A DNA stretch of 64,000 nt from Octopus vulgaris (Eukaryota): positions 68,882,001 to 68,946,000 of the forward strand of contig OX597833.1 of assembly GCA_951406725.2 (NCBI GenBank), in the 5' to 3' direction. Every line of letters begins with the position of its first letter. Position 1 is the first letter of the stretch. Below the pieces are notes generated by a model. It ran no database searches. It had not been told where the DNA came from and worked only from the letters and a program-made list of their open reading frames with translations. Below are positions 24,250 to 37,939 of the stretch, one piece after another. Both the position numbers and the translations under genes were made by a program.

Positions 24250-24490
24250 ATCAACTGAGAATGTCTACTCACAGATTGATTTAATTTTCCGAAACATTGT
24301 TATCATATTTTGGCTCTGAACGGAGAATGGAGTAGAATATATTATTCCGGAGCATGGAGTCAGAAAGACATGGAAAATATCCGGTTGTATGTATTTCACA
24401 TTTTATTGTTACTTGCAATGATTTCCGAATTTCTTCAGCGCCATGAAACAACACAATTATTTATAGATAATTTCCATTTCTAAACACCAA
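24250..24490 (+). pseudogene. Degenerate FReD N-terminal segment
   Basis: PKHCYHILALNGEWSRIY / KYPVVCI / FLQRHET..DNF (cf. PRDC..I..G..SG.Y, PF.VYC, IQRR..DF). Confidence 0.45.
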
Positions 24491-24534
24491 ACAATCGGTT
24501 CTATTTATATAACACTAATGTATCGTTTATGTAC

Positions 24535-24602
24535 GTATCTATAAAATTTTCAGGCATATAAATATACTTTCATGTGCCTTATTATTATTGTAGTAGTAGT
24601 AT

Positions 24603-24639
<37 letters not shown>

Positions 24640-25210
24640 TTACTGCCCAGAAGTGGTACGTTTTTATCGACTCTACCAGAAATTAAAATTTCATTTTACC
24701 TTTCTATAAAATAGATACATTTTGTTAAAGAAACACAAATTCAATAAATAGACATCATTCACGCACTGATCCTTTATCATTATCGACTCTTGGCAGGAGG
24801 GAATTCAAACTTGGCTCTCATGATATTTGAACTCAGAGGTGTTGGCCTCACTAGATACAGCAAGAGATGTTGTCCAACATTATTCCTGCCAGCCACCGCT
24901 CTTTCTGTCAATCACCGCCTTTTTCTCCCGTGGACACCACCCTCAATGTTTATTAATGAGAAGCTATTAAATTATGGCGGCCATCTTTATGTTGTTTGTT
25001 CTGAAGATTGTATTTCAAGACAGGAAGAAAGAACACTGTATCTATAAAATTTTCAGGTATATAAATATACTTTCATGTGCCTTATTATTGTTGTTGTAGT
25101 CGTAGTAGTAGTAGTAGTAGTATCAGCAGTAGTAGTAGTACTAATTTACTGCCTAGAAGTGGTACGTTTTTATCGACTCTACCGGAAATTAAAATTTCAT
25201 TTTACCTTTC
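24535..25210. repeat. ~170-bp direct duplication (24535-24704, 25038-25210) flanking an inverted copy of 26998-27320
   Basis: Direct sequence comparison; the near-identical ORFs 24790+ and 27247- reflect the inversion. Confidence 0.92.
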
Positions 25211-25429
25211 AAATTTGACCTGTGATGATAGAGTTAGAACAAGGAGCACACAAGCGTCTCGCCAACGCACTACTGATTGCAACAATTCGACGACTTAATG
25301 ATACAAAACTACATCTTTCCATCTCCACCCGGTGTCTTTAACCCTTAGGCTAATGTTTGATTTTTAACCCCAAGTATGTCTACAGTAACACCATCTGCTG
25401 AGTATATAGCAGACATTTTATGTAATTTA

Positions 25430-25900
25430 CTCAACATCGATTTTTCTTTAATAATCTTTATTCTTTCTTTACTACTATATGAAGATATATAATTTTGGTG
25501 CCACTCCAACCATCGTTCCATCTAACTTCTGGTTTTGAGATATATAAGTTTGACTTTTAAGTTATTTCACTTCTATTTCAAATGGATTGCCCAAAGCATA
25601 GATTCTCCTGTTTTGTCGTCAGTAATTTGTGTCGTAGACATAACATTTCTAACACAAAATCTTTTTCAAATGCTGACAGAAAAATTTAATGAAATACTGC
25701 ATATTACACCTTCATCTCCATATGCAATGTAGTGGACTTCAACAAAGTTAAGAGATTTTAATTTGGAAGACGATTACACAATAACCAGGTCCAAATCCAA
25801 TGACACCGTTGTTTTCGACTCAACGGTGTCATGCAAATTTAATAATTCCAACAGTCGTAAAACCAATTTTCTGCAGACATTATTGACAAATAATTATTTT
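25430..25900 (-). pseudogene. Degenerate FReD segment
   Basis: FYDC / FVEVHY / TGESMLWAIHL...NLKVKL. Confidence 0.3.
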
Positions 25901-26174
25901 TAATGACACATATTTTACAAAACCAACTAATGGAATATTAATTCTTTTTTCCATGAGATATCAGAAATAATAATTTTGGTGGGGGAGAGAAGAATGTGAT
26001 AGGAGCGTTTTTTTTAACCCTATATTATTTCTGATTAAACAAAACTCTGACGAACCTTTATTTTAAAATATCACAAAATGCATTATCGAAAATGCCATTT
26101 CGTTTTTGTGTGACGATGGTTTTCATTATAACATTAGCAGATTGAGCAGAATATTTTTCAGCTATTCTACGCAT

Positions 26175-26177
<3 letters not shown>

Positions 26178-26251
<74 letters not shown>
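26178..26251. repeat. (CT)n microsatellite
   Basis: Direct reading. Confidence 0.97.
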
Positions 26252-26253
<2 letters not shown>

Positions 26254-26319
26254 AAGGTGGATGAAGACGATTGAAGTTAATATGCGTATACAGTTCTTGT
26301 TAGCCTAAATAGCATTCGG

Positions 26320-26515
26320 AATTTTGGCACAAAGCTTGAAATTTGGGGAAATAGGACTAGACGATTACATCGGCGCCAGTACATAACTGGTAATTATTTT
26401 ATTGACCGCGAAGGATAAAAAGTAAAGTCACCGTCGGTGAAATTTGACCTGAGAATGTAAAGGCCGCAAAGCATTTTTGCTCGGTGTTCTAACGAATCTC
26501 CCTGCTCGCCTCTTC
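26320..26515 (-). mobile_element. SINE family B, old copy
   Basis: Diverged body with the old-type tail. Confidence 0.65.
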
Positions 26516-26997
26516 CAGCTACCCCTAATATCAGCATCACTGTATAAAGCCGAATCTGTCACAAAGACTACAAACATCCTATTGAACTGCTAGTTATACA
26601 AGTCAAATCTCCGGCAACTCACATTTTAATTTCATATGACATAACAAAACGTGGTCACATTAAATCACGTAGCCTCCGATTCACGATATCTGTAAATAGA
26701 TTTAGTAATGATTGAAATGCATTTGATCCTAATTCTAATTTATTTTGCACAGATTACGAACGGTAAAAATTGAATATAGTCATAGCAGTAATGTTTTTGA
26801 TCATAGGGTGGTTAAATCCTGTGTGACATGGGGGCTAAACAACAGGAACAACACAAATACATAAATCATGGTTTTTAGTTATTGATGATTTCAGATTGAA
26901 CGTCAAACTGGATTATCGGGATATTTTCAATGATGGCAAAAGCATAAATTAGAAAGAAAAATCATAAAAAGATATAAAACGCAAATAAAATCTAACG

Positions 26998-27320
26998 CAG
27001 TGTTCTTTCTTCCTGTCTTGAAATACAATCTTCAGAACAAATAACATAAAGATGGCCGCCATAATTTAATAGCTTTCTCATTAATAAACATTGAGGGTGG
27101 TGTCCACGGGAGAAAAAGGCGGTGATTGACAGAAAGAGCGGCGGCTAGCAGGAAGAACGTTGGACAACATCTCTTGCTGTATATAGTGAGGCCAATACCT
27201 CTGAGTTCAAATACCATGAGAGCCAAGTTTGAATTCCCTCCAGCCAAGAGTCGATAATGATAAAGGATCAGTGCATGAATGATGTCTATTTATTGGATTA
27301 GTGTTTCTTTAGCAAAATGT
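26998..27320 (-). repeat. Inverted copy of 24717-25038
   Basis: High-identity reverse complement. Confidence 0.92.
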
Positions 27321-27523
27321 TCAGCTTAGGAAGTGGATTATCATCAATTAGAGATAAACACTGATGCTAAATCCTTCCAAGGTCAACTTTGACTTTAGCA
27401 TTAAGAGATCGCTAACGAAAATAATTATTAGAAAATTAGTAGGCGTCATTTGATCGATCACATTGAATGAAGAAAATTATAGAATGAAGTAATTTTAGAA
27501 ATCAACATTCAAGATAAACAAAC

Positions 27524-27900
27524 TTTAGCACGCCGGGCAAAATGCTTAGCGGTATTTCGTCTGCCGCTACGTTCTGAGTTCAAATTCCGCCGAAGTCGAC
27601 TTTGACTTTCATCATTTCGGGTTCGATGAAATAAGTACCAGTTACGCACTGGAGTCGATATAATCGACTTAATCCGTTTGTCTGTCCTTGTTTGTTCCCT
27701 CTGTGTGTAGCTCCTTGTGGGCAGTAACTATATAGGTATTTCGTCTGAAGTTACATTCCGAGTTCAAACTCGGCTGAAGTCAACATTGCACTCCATTCTT
27801 CAGGGCAAATGAGAAAAGTACCATTTGAATACTGAGGTCGGTGTAATCGACTTACTCCTTCCCCAGAAATTGCTGGCCTTGTGCCAAAATTTGAAACCAA
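27524..27900 (+). mobile_element. Young SINE B joined to old SINE B
   Basis: Young tail followed at 27735 by GGTATTTCGTCTG and an old-subfamily body with tail GGCCTTGTGCCAAAATTTGAAACC. Confidence 0.88.
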
Positions 27901-29057
27901 TATTGTTTATCTGTTTTTTAAAAATATATGAATATGTCCTAAGCATAACTATTGAGCGATTGCTCTTTCTTCTAAGTCAAATACATAATTCTCGCTACTA
28001 GCGTTGTTTAGTGTTCCATTGCACTAATTCAGTTGGCCTGAGACCGAAGACAGTTTCATTCAGGGGAACAACACCTTTACAGGTGTATGTGAGAATAGTC
28101 ATCGTTATAAGTATGTATGAGAAAGGTCATGAATGAGCGCCAGGTCTAGTGATTAGGCGGGTTTGCGACTTTCGCATTCTTTATTTTGATTCCCAGACCG
28201 GTTGATTCTTTGCATTTTCGAGCAAAACATTTGATCTCTCGTTACTCCGTAATCACTTCGACATTTGAGGTGTGTCACCCCACGCACCTGTGCTGGCAAT
28301 GTCGATTTAGTTACTAGAAACAAATCATATATGTCCGCTGCTCGGCATGTCATTTTAAAACCCTCTTCCCTGGAGTCGAGAGACTACCAACTACAATGAG
28401 AATACACATCATTTAAGGAATCCTTGGGAAAGCACAGGAGATTTGATGTTATTGTTATATCGAATAGAATACGTTTAATCCAAAGTAGATTGTTTTTTCA
28501 ACATGCTAAGTTACATGAAATCTCGGAAGACAGGTGATTTCGTGATTACGATGTTCGGCTTATGATCATAACGTTTAGGGATTAATTTCTGGAGCTGACA
28601 GTTTGGTGTGTTCTTGAAGAAGTCACTTCAGTTCTAGTTCTTCCAGTCTACGCAGGGGCAAAGCGTTCCAGCTGAGTTCTGACAAGACTTTATTTCCTAC
28701 TGCAACTGTCACTTCCTCCAATGTTGAACCTCGTTAAGTGTGAGGGCCGCCAAGAAAGATGGCTTTGTTATTGCAAATATTTCGTTACTTAAAGCAGTTA
28801 CCGAAAGTAATAATGAATGTTCCTAAGTCCCCCTGGGTCACATGTGACGCTTGGCTGTTATTTGCTTTACCGAAGATATTTTTCATTTGGAGCAAAATGG
28901 AAGTGAATATATCAATTTATTGAATACACCCACATTTACTTAAGGAGACTTTTTTCAATACGTTTCCATATCAGGGGATATGGAAACCATGCAAATGTGT
29001 GTGTGTGTGTGTGTGTGTATGAGTTGTGTGTGTACGTTGTGCAGCATGAATAAATGT

Positions 29058-29318
29058 AGGGTAGGACAGAAAGAACACCACAAACGGAAATCCAACAAAA
29101 TACAATATGGAAAAAATATACGATAACATAACAAACGGTAAACAGGATAAAAACAAGACACGCGGAAACTGGAAGGTCCCTGGGCGAAGAGGAAATCGGC
29201 TGCGAATGATCCGTGTATCTTGTTCTTGTCACCGTTTGTTATGTATTCGGCCATTTTACAGCATGTTGTGTCTTGTTGGATTTCCGCTTGTTGGGTCCTT
29301 TCTGTCCTACCCTTCACT
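29058..29318. mobile_element. ~260-bp fold-back element between (TG)n/(TA)n tracts
   Basis: AGGGTAGGACAGAAAG...CGGAAATCCAACAA pairs with TTGTTGGATTTCCG...CTTTCTGTCCTACCCT. Confidence 0.75.
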
Positions 29319-29325
29319 TATATAC

Positions 29326-29403
<78 letters not shown>

Positions 29404-30096
29404 TTCTCTTGTTTACACCATTTTATTCCTTTGGAATAATACCAGTGATACCTTCGAAACATTTGTCGGGAGTAAAAGAATTTGAATAACACCAGCGTTT
29501 AACTCCATATATATATATATGTGTGTGTGTATGTGTTTTCATGTTTTTATATGTTAGGATGCCTTCACTAGATTAGTTAATAAAACTTAATCATTGTCAT
29601 TGACGAATATGAATTAAAGTGAAATAGAACCAGTGTGTGTGTGTGTTTATTATTGAAAGAACGAATTATGTTTTAACAGACAAGTCCTTTCAAGTAACTT
29701 GCAAGCCGGATTAAAACAGAATTCTCACTTTGAATTATACCATTATGAAGTATAAAAGAGAAGTAGAATTACTGAGAACAAATCAGAAATTGTTTGGAGC
29801 AATATATCTAAACACTTCAGAAATTGAAAGAAAAGCAATGTGAATAGCTTTGATTTTCTTTTTCACTTCCTTCACCATATTTTTTTGAGTCAAAAAGCTC
29901 AATTGAATACGATATGAAATACGTTTCGTCTGTGTAGCGCGTGTAGTTTAGTGAATTCCAATCCCTCCAGACGGAAATCTTTGGAAAAATTAAGTGACAC
30001 TCAATTGCTTTTTATTGTGTTCATTCTCCAAGAAGAAATGCTCTTCCACATCATAAGACATTTTAATTTTCTCACAATTGATAATTTTTCCACAGG

Positions 30097-32495
30097 TCGC
30101 GAATGGTAACACCAACATCTATTTTCTTTGAAACGGCGTTTGCCATACTTGAGAATATCGAACTATTTTGCAAGTGTGGAGATATTTTATATTGTAAAAG
30201 CATATCAACATCCAGAAGAGCGAAAATTAAGGACTGATGCTAAATATGTGGACAAATTTAAAGTAATGTTTTCATTCACCATGATTGTGTAAAGATTATC
30301 AGTAACATCAGTATCTAATTTTGTTTAGGCCATTCCACTAAGCCATCTTACTTCTGGTCGAAGATTTCATAGACATGGTCAGGATGATTTTGATTCTGCC
30401 CAACGAACCAGTTTTTACCTAATGTATGTAGATACGTACACGTGTGTGTTTAGTGTTTGTGTGTGAGTTTAATGTGTGTGTGTGTTTATATCTGTGTTAC
30501 ACCTATATTCGCATGTATGGATATTGCATTTTTCAAGCTCGGTTTTATATATGAAAGCGTATACATTTTGAAGTGAACAAACAGGGCTGTAAAGAACTTC
30601 GACATGAAAATACCATATAATCATAGGCTAATATGAATTTATCATTTTAAGGTAGGATTAGGTATAACAATGGTCAGACTTAATATACAGAGAGTAAAAA
30701 CGGGTTTATTGTGAATTTAGAGTTGAGTAGAAATTCTAGTTTAGATTTTCAGCTTGTTCAGTTACACTGGTTGCACAAGCTAAAGGACAAAATTTCATAG
30801 TTCGATGCATTTATTGTTCGCAAATATCACTTATGCATATAGATCTCCACCGATCAAACAGTTTTGATTCGAATTACGAAATTGGTATTTTTATGTTAAA
30901 CTACCTGGGTGTGAACCTGATTGCATACGACTATAAACAAAAGTAGAACGACCAATAACCATTAGAATTCTTAGTATTTCTATAGATTTGCTTTATCTAA
31001 TATGACTTCACGTAGTGTAAGATGAAACCGCGATTTTACACAGAGATTTTGGCTGCTATTTCTAACACAGATGTAGTGAGAGTGAGCTCCGAGTGTCCCA
31101 AATATGTGGCGCCCACATGCGCGTTTTAATATGCCTTGTATTTGTGATTTTGATTACACAGAAGTCTTTCTACATAAATGTGACTATTATGTGCCCATAT
31201 AATTTATACATGTTCACACATATACCTACCTACCTACATACATACATACATACATACATACATACATACATAATACATATATACACACACACACATACAC
31301 ACACACACTCATATACATACATACATACATACATATATGCATTTATAATGTGTCACACTTTAGGCTTGCAAACATTTGAAAGCAACGAAAAGAGAAAGTC
31401 AGCGTAGAAACAGAATTGAATGGTGAACTACTAAAAGTTTCATTTATATCTGCTGTATATTTCTTACATTTGTATTAATAATTTAACAAGAAATGGAACC
31501 AGAAGAAAAATCTAAAGGATGAGATCAAAGATATGAATGACCAATAACAGATATTATATCAGATCAGTCACGCGATTGCATGTTACGAGTCTATAGCGGA
31601 AATCGAACATGATGAATTTTATGTCTTGCAGTCTTTGCTTGGTAAGCAATATCGTGCGTGTGCACAGTCGTATTCTGTTTCGCTGTCGTACACACACGGG
31701 CACACACACACACACACTTGTTTAAGCCTGTATGTGGGAGTATGTTATATACATATATGTGTATATACAAATATACATAAATATTTACAAAGGTGTATTA
31801 TATTGAAAGTATTTATATATTCCTTTTACTTTCTATCTTTCATATATTCTCACACCGACACTCTCTCCCTGGGCGTTGTGTGTGCTTATGGTTATAATTT
31901 TCAGTGACAGAATCAGCTTCCAATATATGTGTACACAAACTCACTCCATCGAACAAATTCAGATTCACTCACACCCACACACTCAGTTGCATGTGCTACA
32001 CACATCTACACCAGCGTATATATTTATACAGAAGGATAAAGTTCCTCTGTTACTGCCTCGTCTCTATCGTTGCTGGCTTATACATTCCCATTATCCGGGA
32101 TAATTATGACTTTCTCCTTCGGGAATACAAACAATGCTATTGTAAGCAACCAATAACTTATTCATACACCTGAATTCTACATATCTCCATCGTGTTTTCT
32201 CTTCTGTACTTATATCCTAAGTGTTAATACTTGAAGTACAATATGAAGTGGATCGCTACAACTATATATGGTAAAGAATTTCGAGATAGAGAGAGAGAGA
32301 GAGAGGGGGGGAAAGAGTGCCCTTATTTCAACAAGGTTAGAGCGATCGCGGTGGTTGTTAAGATGTTTATCAGGATTGACAAACAACCAGGAAGTGTTAA
32401 GAATGGTGCTTATATTTCCAAAGAAATATTTACACTTGATACAATGTGTGTATTTCAAACATATTATCAATGAAATATAATGCTTCTCCACATTA
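30097..32495 (+). pseudogene. Degenerate multi-exon FReD unit (candidate exons 30097-30261, 31490-31641, 32222-32495)
   Basis: LKDEIKDMND..AIACYESIAEIEHDEFYVLQSLLG ending at G|GTAAGC; then YGKEFRDRE..KECPY..RWLLRC..SMK; first piece follows TTCCACAG. Confidence 0.5.
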
Positions 32496-32604
32496 AAGAC
32501 ATTATGTTATCTGCTAACGGAGACATAACTGATCAGAGAAGATCCAATATAATTCCATTAACAAATTAACCAAACTTGCCCTATGCACGGAAACACATTG
32601 TGTG

Positions 32605-32917
32605 AAAGCGCATGGTTAAGTAATAAGGTTATTCGGGCCACGATTATAAGGTCGTGAATTCGATTTCCAACGTCACGTATTTCCTTGGGCAAGACATTTT
32701 ATTTGTTCAGCTAGTACTTTATTTACCGACGCCGAAAAGATGAAAGGCAAAGTCGAGTTAAAATTCCGCCGAGGTCGAATCTGCCTTTCATCCTTTCGGA
32801 GTCGATAAATAAAGTACCAGTTTCGCACTGGGGTCGATGTAATCGATTTAATCCATTTGTATGTCTTTGTTTGTCCCCTCTATGTTTAGCTCCTTGTGGT
32901 TGGCAGTAAAGAAATAT
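32605..32917 (+). mobile_element. Old SINE C head followed by SINE B 3' part with a short inverted segment
   Basis: CCTTGGGCAAGACA block; SINE B from ~32757 to AAAGAAATA; 32714-32756 is an inverted SINE B piece. Confidence 0.75.
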
Positions 32918-33189
32918 ATAGATAGATAGATAGATATCAGGCACGTGCCCTCAGTAATTACTCGGGGTAGACGTCTAGTAAAACACACAATTAAGTGACA
33001 CACCACAGGCGCGCGATTGATTTGTAGGTCAATTTACTTCTGCCTTCATGGCACGTAAAGAAAATTTCATAGCAGCACTTGGACTACAGAAGTTCTATAC
33101 GTAAATCCTGAGATTGAAAAGCAAGGGAAAATTATGCCTACCTAAACTACAAGAAAAAAAGGTTTTGTATTTTATGTATAGTAATCAGA

Positions 33190-33500
33190 GAAACCTTCAT
33201 AATTTTATTGAATTATAAAGAAGAGTACGTTTTGCACGAAAGCCAATATGAGAGTTTCTCTCGTGGTATCTACCGCAGTATAGTTTGTTCTAACAGAACA
33301 TCTACATTTAAGTGAGGGATAAATTATACTTCAAATGAAAGATTCAAGAAAACTTTCGATTATCTACGAACGTTGATACCGGGTCAGCCCACCAATCTTA
33401 AGGCAGATAAACTGCTACGAACTCAGTCATTGACCAACTTCCAGTCATAAACCGACAACATTGCGGATAGATGATAAATTCTATATAATTTTCTTTATAA
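33190..33500 (+). pseudogene. Degenerate FReD segment
   Basis: ERFKKTFDY...QSLTNFQS / TLRID (cf. F.R.W..Y...H.LT...LRIDL). Confidence 0.35.
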
Positions 33501-33586
33501 TCTTATAAACAAACACATATCTATTTATCTACTTATCTAACTATACATATGTCACTGCAGCTGTGGTGGAGTATATACGCGTGTGA

Positions 33587-33589
<3 letters not shown>

Positions 33590-33636
<47 letters not shown>

Positions 33637-33686
33637 GTGTGTGGATATACATATATTATACGTGTGGGGGGTATATATATATATGC

Positions 33687-33735
<49 letters not shown>
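33590..33735. repeat. (TA)n compound microsatellite
   Basis: Direct reading. Confidence 0.95.
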
Positions 33736-35306
33736 CGCGTTTCGTTGGATTATGTTTCTGCGTATGTATGAGTGTTTTATGACTATTTGTAAGCTCAATA
33801 CAATATTTGCATTTCTTTCGTTTTATTTTTGCATATGTATAAGCAGAAGCATAAACCATAATGATATGCGATACTTATACATATAACATGTAATGATACC
33901 CGATATGTGGAAGAACGAATAGTATTAGTTATTCGAGATGACTTTTGTATATTTGATAATTTACTATTACAATGAAAATTACAAATCAGTGGTTTTTATT
34001 ATCTAAAACAGGATGCATCATTATTAAATCAAAAGGCATTACAAAATACATTACGTATCTCTCGGAAATTACGTCACGTGGATAGCCATGCACCGTGATT
34101 GCGTTGCTAATGTTACACATAGAGTTAGCTTCATTATGCGATATTATATAACACTTGTCGATATCATTGCGACGTAATAAGCTAATTGTAATCTGAAATA
34201 TGCTGATGTAAGCCTAAAAATATCTGCAATTCTGTTGTTTATCATTCCGGTGATTAATATGCGTCTGTGTTGTCAATAGTGATATGAATATTTCTGAAAT
34301 AACATGTCGCAGATAATAATATATTGCATTCGAAATATTAAAGATGACATGATATTACGCAAACAAATGAGTCCTTTTGTTCTGGGTTCGAACGAAGAAG
34401 TGATCACACATCTATAAATTCTTATTCTACTCTTATAAGTATTGAAAGTGGAAATATAGAATCATCTTGCCTTGCCTTAAAAAAATATCAATTCCTTGTT
34501 TTCTCAAAGACACGTTTCACGTAGCAACAAATCACACAGTATGTCTTCATCTTCAAGATGGCATTATTTTCTTTGAAGTAAAATTAGCTGCTACTTCTAG
34601 TAAGTACAGCGATTGTATATACTATCGATTCGTTATATTTGCTTCGCTATATGTTGATAGACCAAGACGTTGGAAATTAAGCATCTCTGCTTTGAACATA
34701 CTATTACAATTACGATATATTTTTGGTCCCCAAGTGCAATTTTACGCGGAATCTCTACGAAATATCATATGCATTGATCTCAAAGCTAAAATATGACTAT
34801 CCCATTATCTTTTCTTTCTTTTTTTAGATTGTTATAAGGAGGTTTGATATTGGAATTTCCCCTTTTAATCTCAATGCTATTATATTTTCTTTGAAAACAA
34901 TGGTTTTCTTATTATTGGTGCTGCGTTGCTCTCCGTTATCCAGCTGTTCTAAGATCAAGGAACTTTCGTTCGTGGCCGTCTTATTATCATTTCTTCGGGT
35001 AGTGTGTATATTAATGTTTGTACTTAACTATTCATAATAGATACACGTATTCATCCATTCAGTCACACTGTTTTGCCACAGATGGGTTTTTTTTTAGACG
35101 TATATTTGTTTTGTGTCTGAAAAAGTAGTGACGTCAGAAATGTGTGTCCATGTATATAAATTACCATCGCACCAATTTATATGGTTTCGACACAAGAGAT
35201 TCCAAAATTTTGAACTTTTACATTCTCAAATTTAAGTCTCTGAAGTAACAAGTAATCTTCACACCAACTCAAAAGACTAGACACCCCACACCTATGATTC
35301 TTTGGA

Positions 35307-35560
35307 ATCATCGTCATCATCGTCGTCGTCATCATCATCGTCATCATCATCATCATCGTCGAGGTCGTCATCGTCGTTGTCATCGTCGTCGTCACCATCA
35401 CCATCATCATCAACAACAAGGCTGTGAGCTGGCAGAATCGTTAGCACACCGGGTGAAAAGCTTAGTGGTATCTCCCCCGTCGGTACGTTCCGAGTTCAAA
35501 TTCCACCGAGATCGACTGTGCCTTTCATCATTTCGGGGTCGATAAACTAAGTACAAGTTG
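35307..35560 (+). mobile_element. (TCA/TCG)n tract followed by a 3'-truncated SINE B
   Basis: Trinucleotide repeat 35307-35418; GAGCTGGCAGAATCGTTAG head from 35419. Confidence 0.8.
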
Positions 35561-35994
35561 CGTTAGCCTTTTGTAGCTTCCGACGATTATCGCTTAAACA
35601 GTAGTTGTCGAACACATTTCAGTCGCAGCCGGAAGTTGAAGTCAAAATATTTGCTCAAACCATCATCTAGGGGTATCGAAGCCAGGATCAACCAATTGCA
35701 AAGCAAACACGTCTTCCACACATTTTTGTCTTCATTCAGAATGTACTTTTAATACAACAAAGCTCATTTCTTCTCGTAAATTTAATTTAAAATAATTTTA
35801 TACTCGTACAATGATCAGCTACATTATCATCGCATCTACAAATCGTCAGCTTCTTCTGTTTTCTGTTTTTTTCTATTAATGAGAAACACCTACTTTTCTT
35901 GTGTTGTATACTAAACAGAAACAAAATCAAGCAACACAATTTACATTTCATTAGAAAATAATTATCAGTTTATCAGAGACGCAGTTTCTTCTGA

Positions 35995-36377
35995 TCTCTC
36001 TCTATATAAACGGCAGTTTGTCTGTGTGTGTTTCTGTGTGTCTGTTTGCTTGTACCCTCACTCTGACCACGGCTTTCAACCGATTCTGATGAAACTTGAC
36101 ACACACATAGCCCAATGTCATAATTCAAAACTAACGCAGCGAAAATTTTGAAAAGTTCCCCCAGTTCTGAAAAATATCGATAAATTCGACATGGGGTCGA
36201 TAATCAGAAACACAAACCACAGACTGTCTAGGGGACGCAACTCCACCTTTTTAACTCTCAAAAAAATTTACCATCATTTTTTTCCCATTTTTTTGCTATA
36301 TTCTGGCTATAACTATCTAAAAATGCTTTATAGTTATTTCCCTTACAAACCCGAGCAACGCCGGGCGATACTGCTAG
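35995..36377 (+). mobile_element. Non-autonomous Helitron
   Basis: Inserted between A and T; 5' TC; 3' GC-rich hairpin CCCGAGCAACGCCGGG 8 nt before CTAG. Confidence 0.88.
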
Positions 36378-36599
36378 TATATTCTAAAACTCTGTTGTGT
36401 CTATACATCTGAAGTTAATACTGTTAATATTGAGATTGAATTGTTAAAGGGAAAGAAGACTGCATGCTGTGCTGCTCTTTGAAATTACTGCTGTGCAGTG
36501 ATTGAAGTTTTTGGGGCTGTGAACACGCAGAAAGGAAAATGTATGCCCCACTGTAGATGAACTGGACGTGACAAACGCACAGGATAATTCTTACACAAT

Positions 36600-37023
36600 A
36601 TCTTCTCTTTTATTTCTTTTTTACACCGCGGCCATGCTGTGGCACCATTTTAAGAAATTTTAGTCGAATGGATCCTAGTAATTATATATTTTAAAATTGG
36701 TTGTTATCCTAACCTTCCTTTTTGCAGGACCGCTAGCTTAGGGAAATGTCAACACACCAACACCGGTTCTCAAACAACCAGATACACAAACACTCGCATA
36801 CATGTATGTTTAGGTACTCTTTTATTACTCTTTTACTCGTTTCAGTCATTTGACTGCGGCCATGCTGGAGCACCGTCCTTAATCGGGCAACTCGACCCCG
36901 GGACTTATTCTTTTGTAAGCCCAGTACATATTTTGCCGAACCACTAAGTAACGGGGACATAAACACACCAGCATCGGTTGTCAAGCAACGCGAGGGGGAC
37001 AAACACAGACACACAAACACATG

Positions 37024-37070
<47 letters not shown>

Positions 37071-37370
37071 GACGGGCTTCTTTCAGTTTCCGTCTACCAA
37101 ATCCACTCACAAGGCTTTGGTCGGCCCGAGGCTATAATAGAAGACACTTGCCCAAAGTGCCACGCAGTGGGACTGAACCCGGAACCATGTGGTTTGTAAG
37201 CAAACTACTTACCACACAGCCACTCCTGCGATGAACTTCTTTCACTTTCAGCCTTCCAAATGCACTGACAAGGCTTCGGTCGGCCTGAGGCTATAGAATA
37301 TATTTGCTCAAAAGGCCACGTCGGGAGAACCATTTGGCTGGGAATCATGCTTCTTCGCTCACAGCCATGC
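36600..37370 (-). mobile_element. Young SINE A (36815-37230) nested in an old SINE A (36600-36810 and 37235-37370)
   Basis: Old 3' half to the left and old 5' half to the right of an intact young copy, same orientation. Confidence 0.8.
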
Positions 37371-37485
37371 AAACTTTATAACGTTACTTTATTATCAACG
37401 CACTTATTTTAGGACTGAATCTCGTAATTATAGCTCATTTGTGTAGGATTCAATTATGCGTGAATTTTACGTCACAGTGACATAA

Positions 37486-37883
37486 TCTTTTACTTGTTTC
37501 AGTCGTTTGACTTTGGCCATGCTTGAGCACCACCTTTAGTCGAGCAAATCGACCCCAGGTCTTATTCTTTGTAAGCCTAGTACTTATTCTATCAGTCTCT
37601 TTTCTCGAACCGCCAGGTTACGTAAACACGCCAGCATCGGTTGTCAAGTGAATTTGGAGGGACAAACAAAGACACACAAACATACAAACAAAGACACACA
37701 AACATACATACTTATTTATGACGGGCTTCTGTATATATATATATACACACAATCCACTCACAAGGCTTTGGTTGGCCGGAGGCTATAGTAGAAGATAGTC
37801 GCCCTAGGTGCTACGCAGTGGGACTGAATCCCGAACCATGTGGTTTGTAAGCAAGCTATTTACCACACATCCTCTCCTACGCC
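37486..37883 (-). mobile_element. SINE family A
   Basis: Full-length, moderately diverged. Confidence 0.9.
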
Positions 37884-37939
37884 TAACATGTTTAGCTTTC
37901 TTTACCATTACTGATTCCTGACAGTAATTATGAGTTCAG

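Noticed and set aside
24790-25047. Duplicated 85/71-aa ORFs (MAGGNSNLAL...)
   Set aside because: Similarity comes from the inverted duplication; the frames differ between copies and the sequence looks like old SINE remnant
25800-25832. Perfect 12-bp hairpin ATGACACCGTTG/CAACGGTGTCAT as a terminator
   Set aside because: No U-tract, eukaryotic DNA, single occurrence; no function supportable
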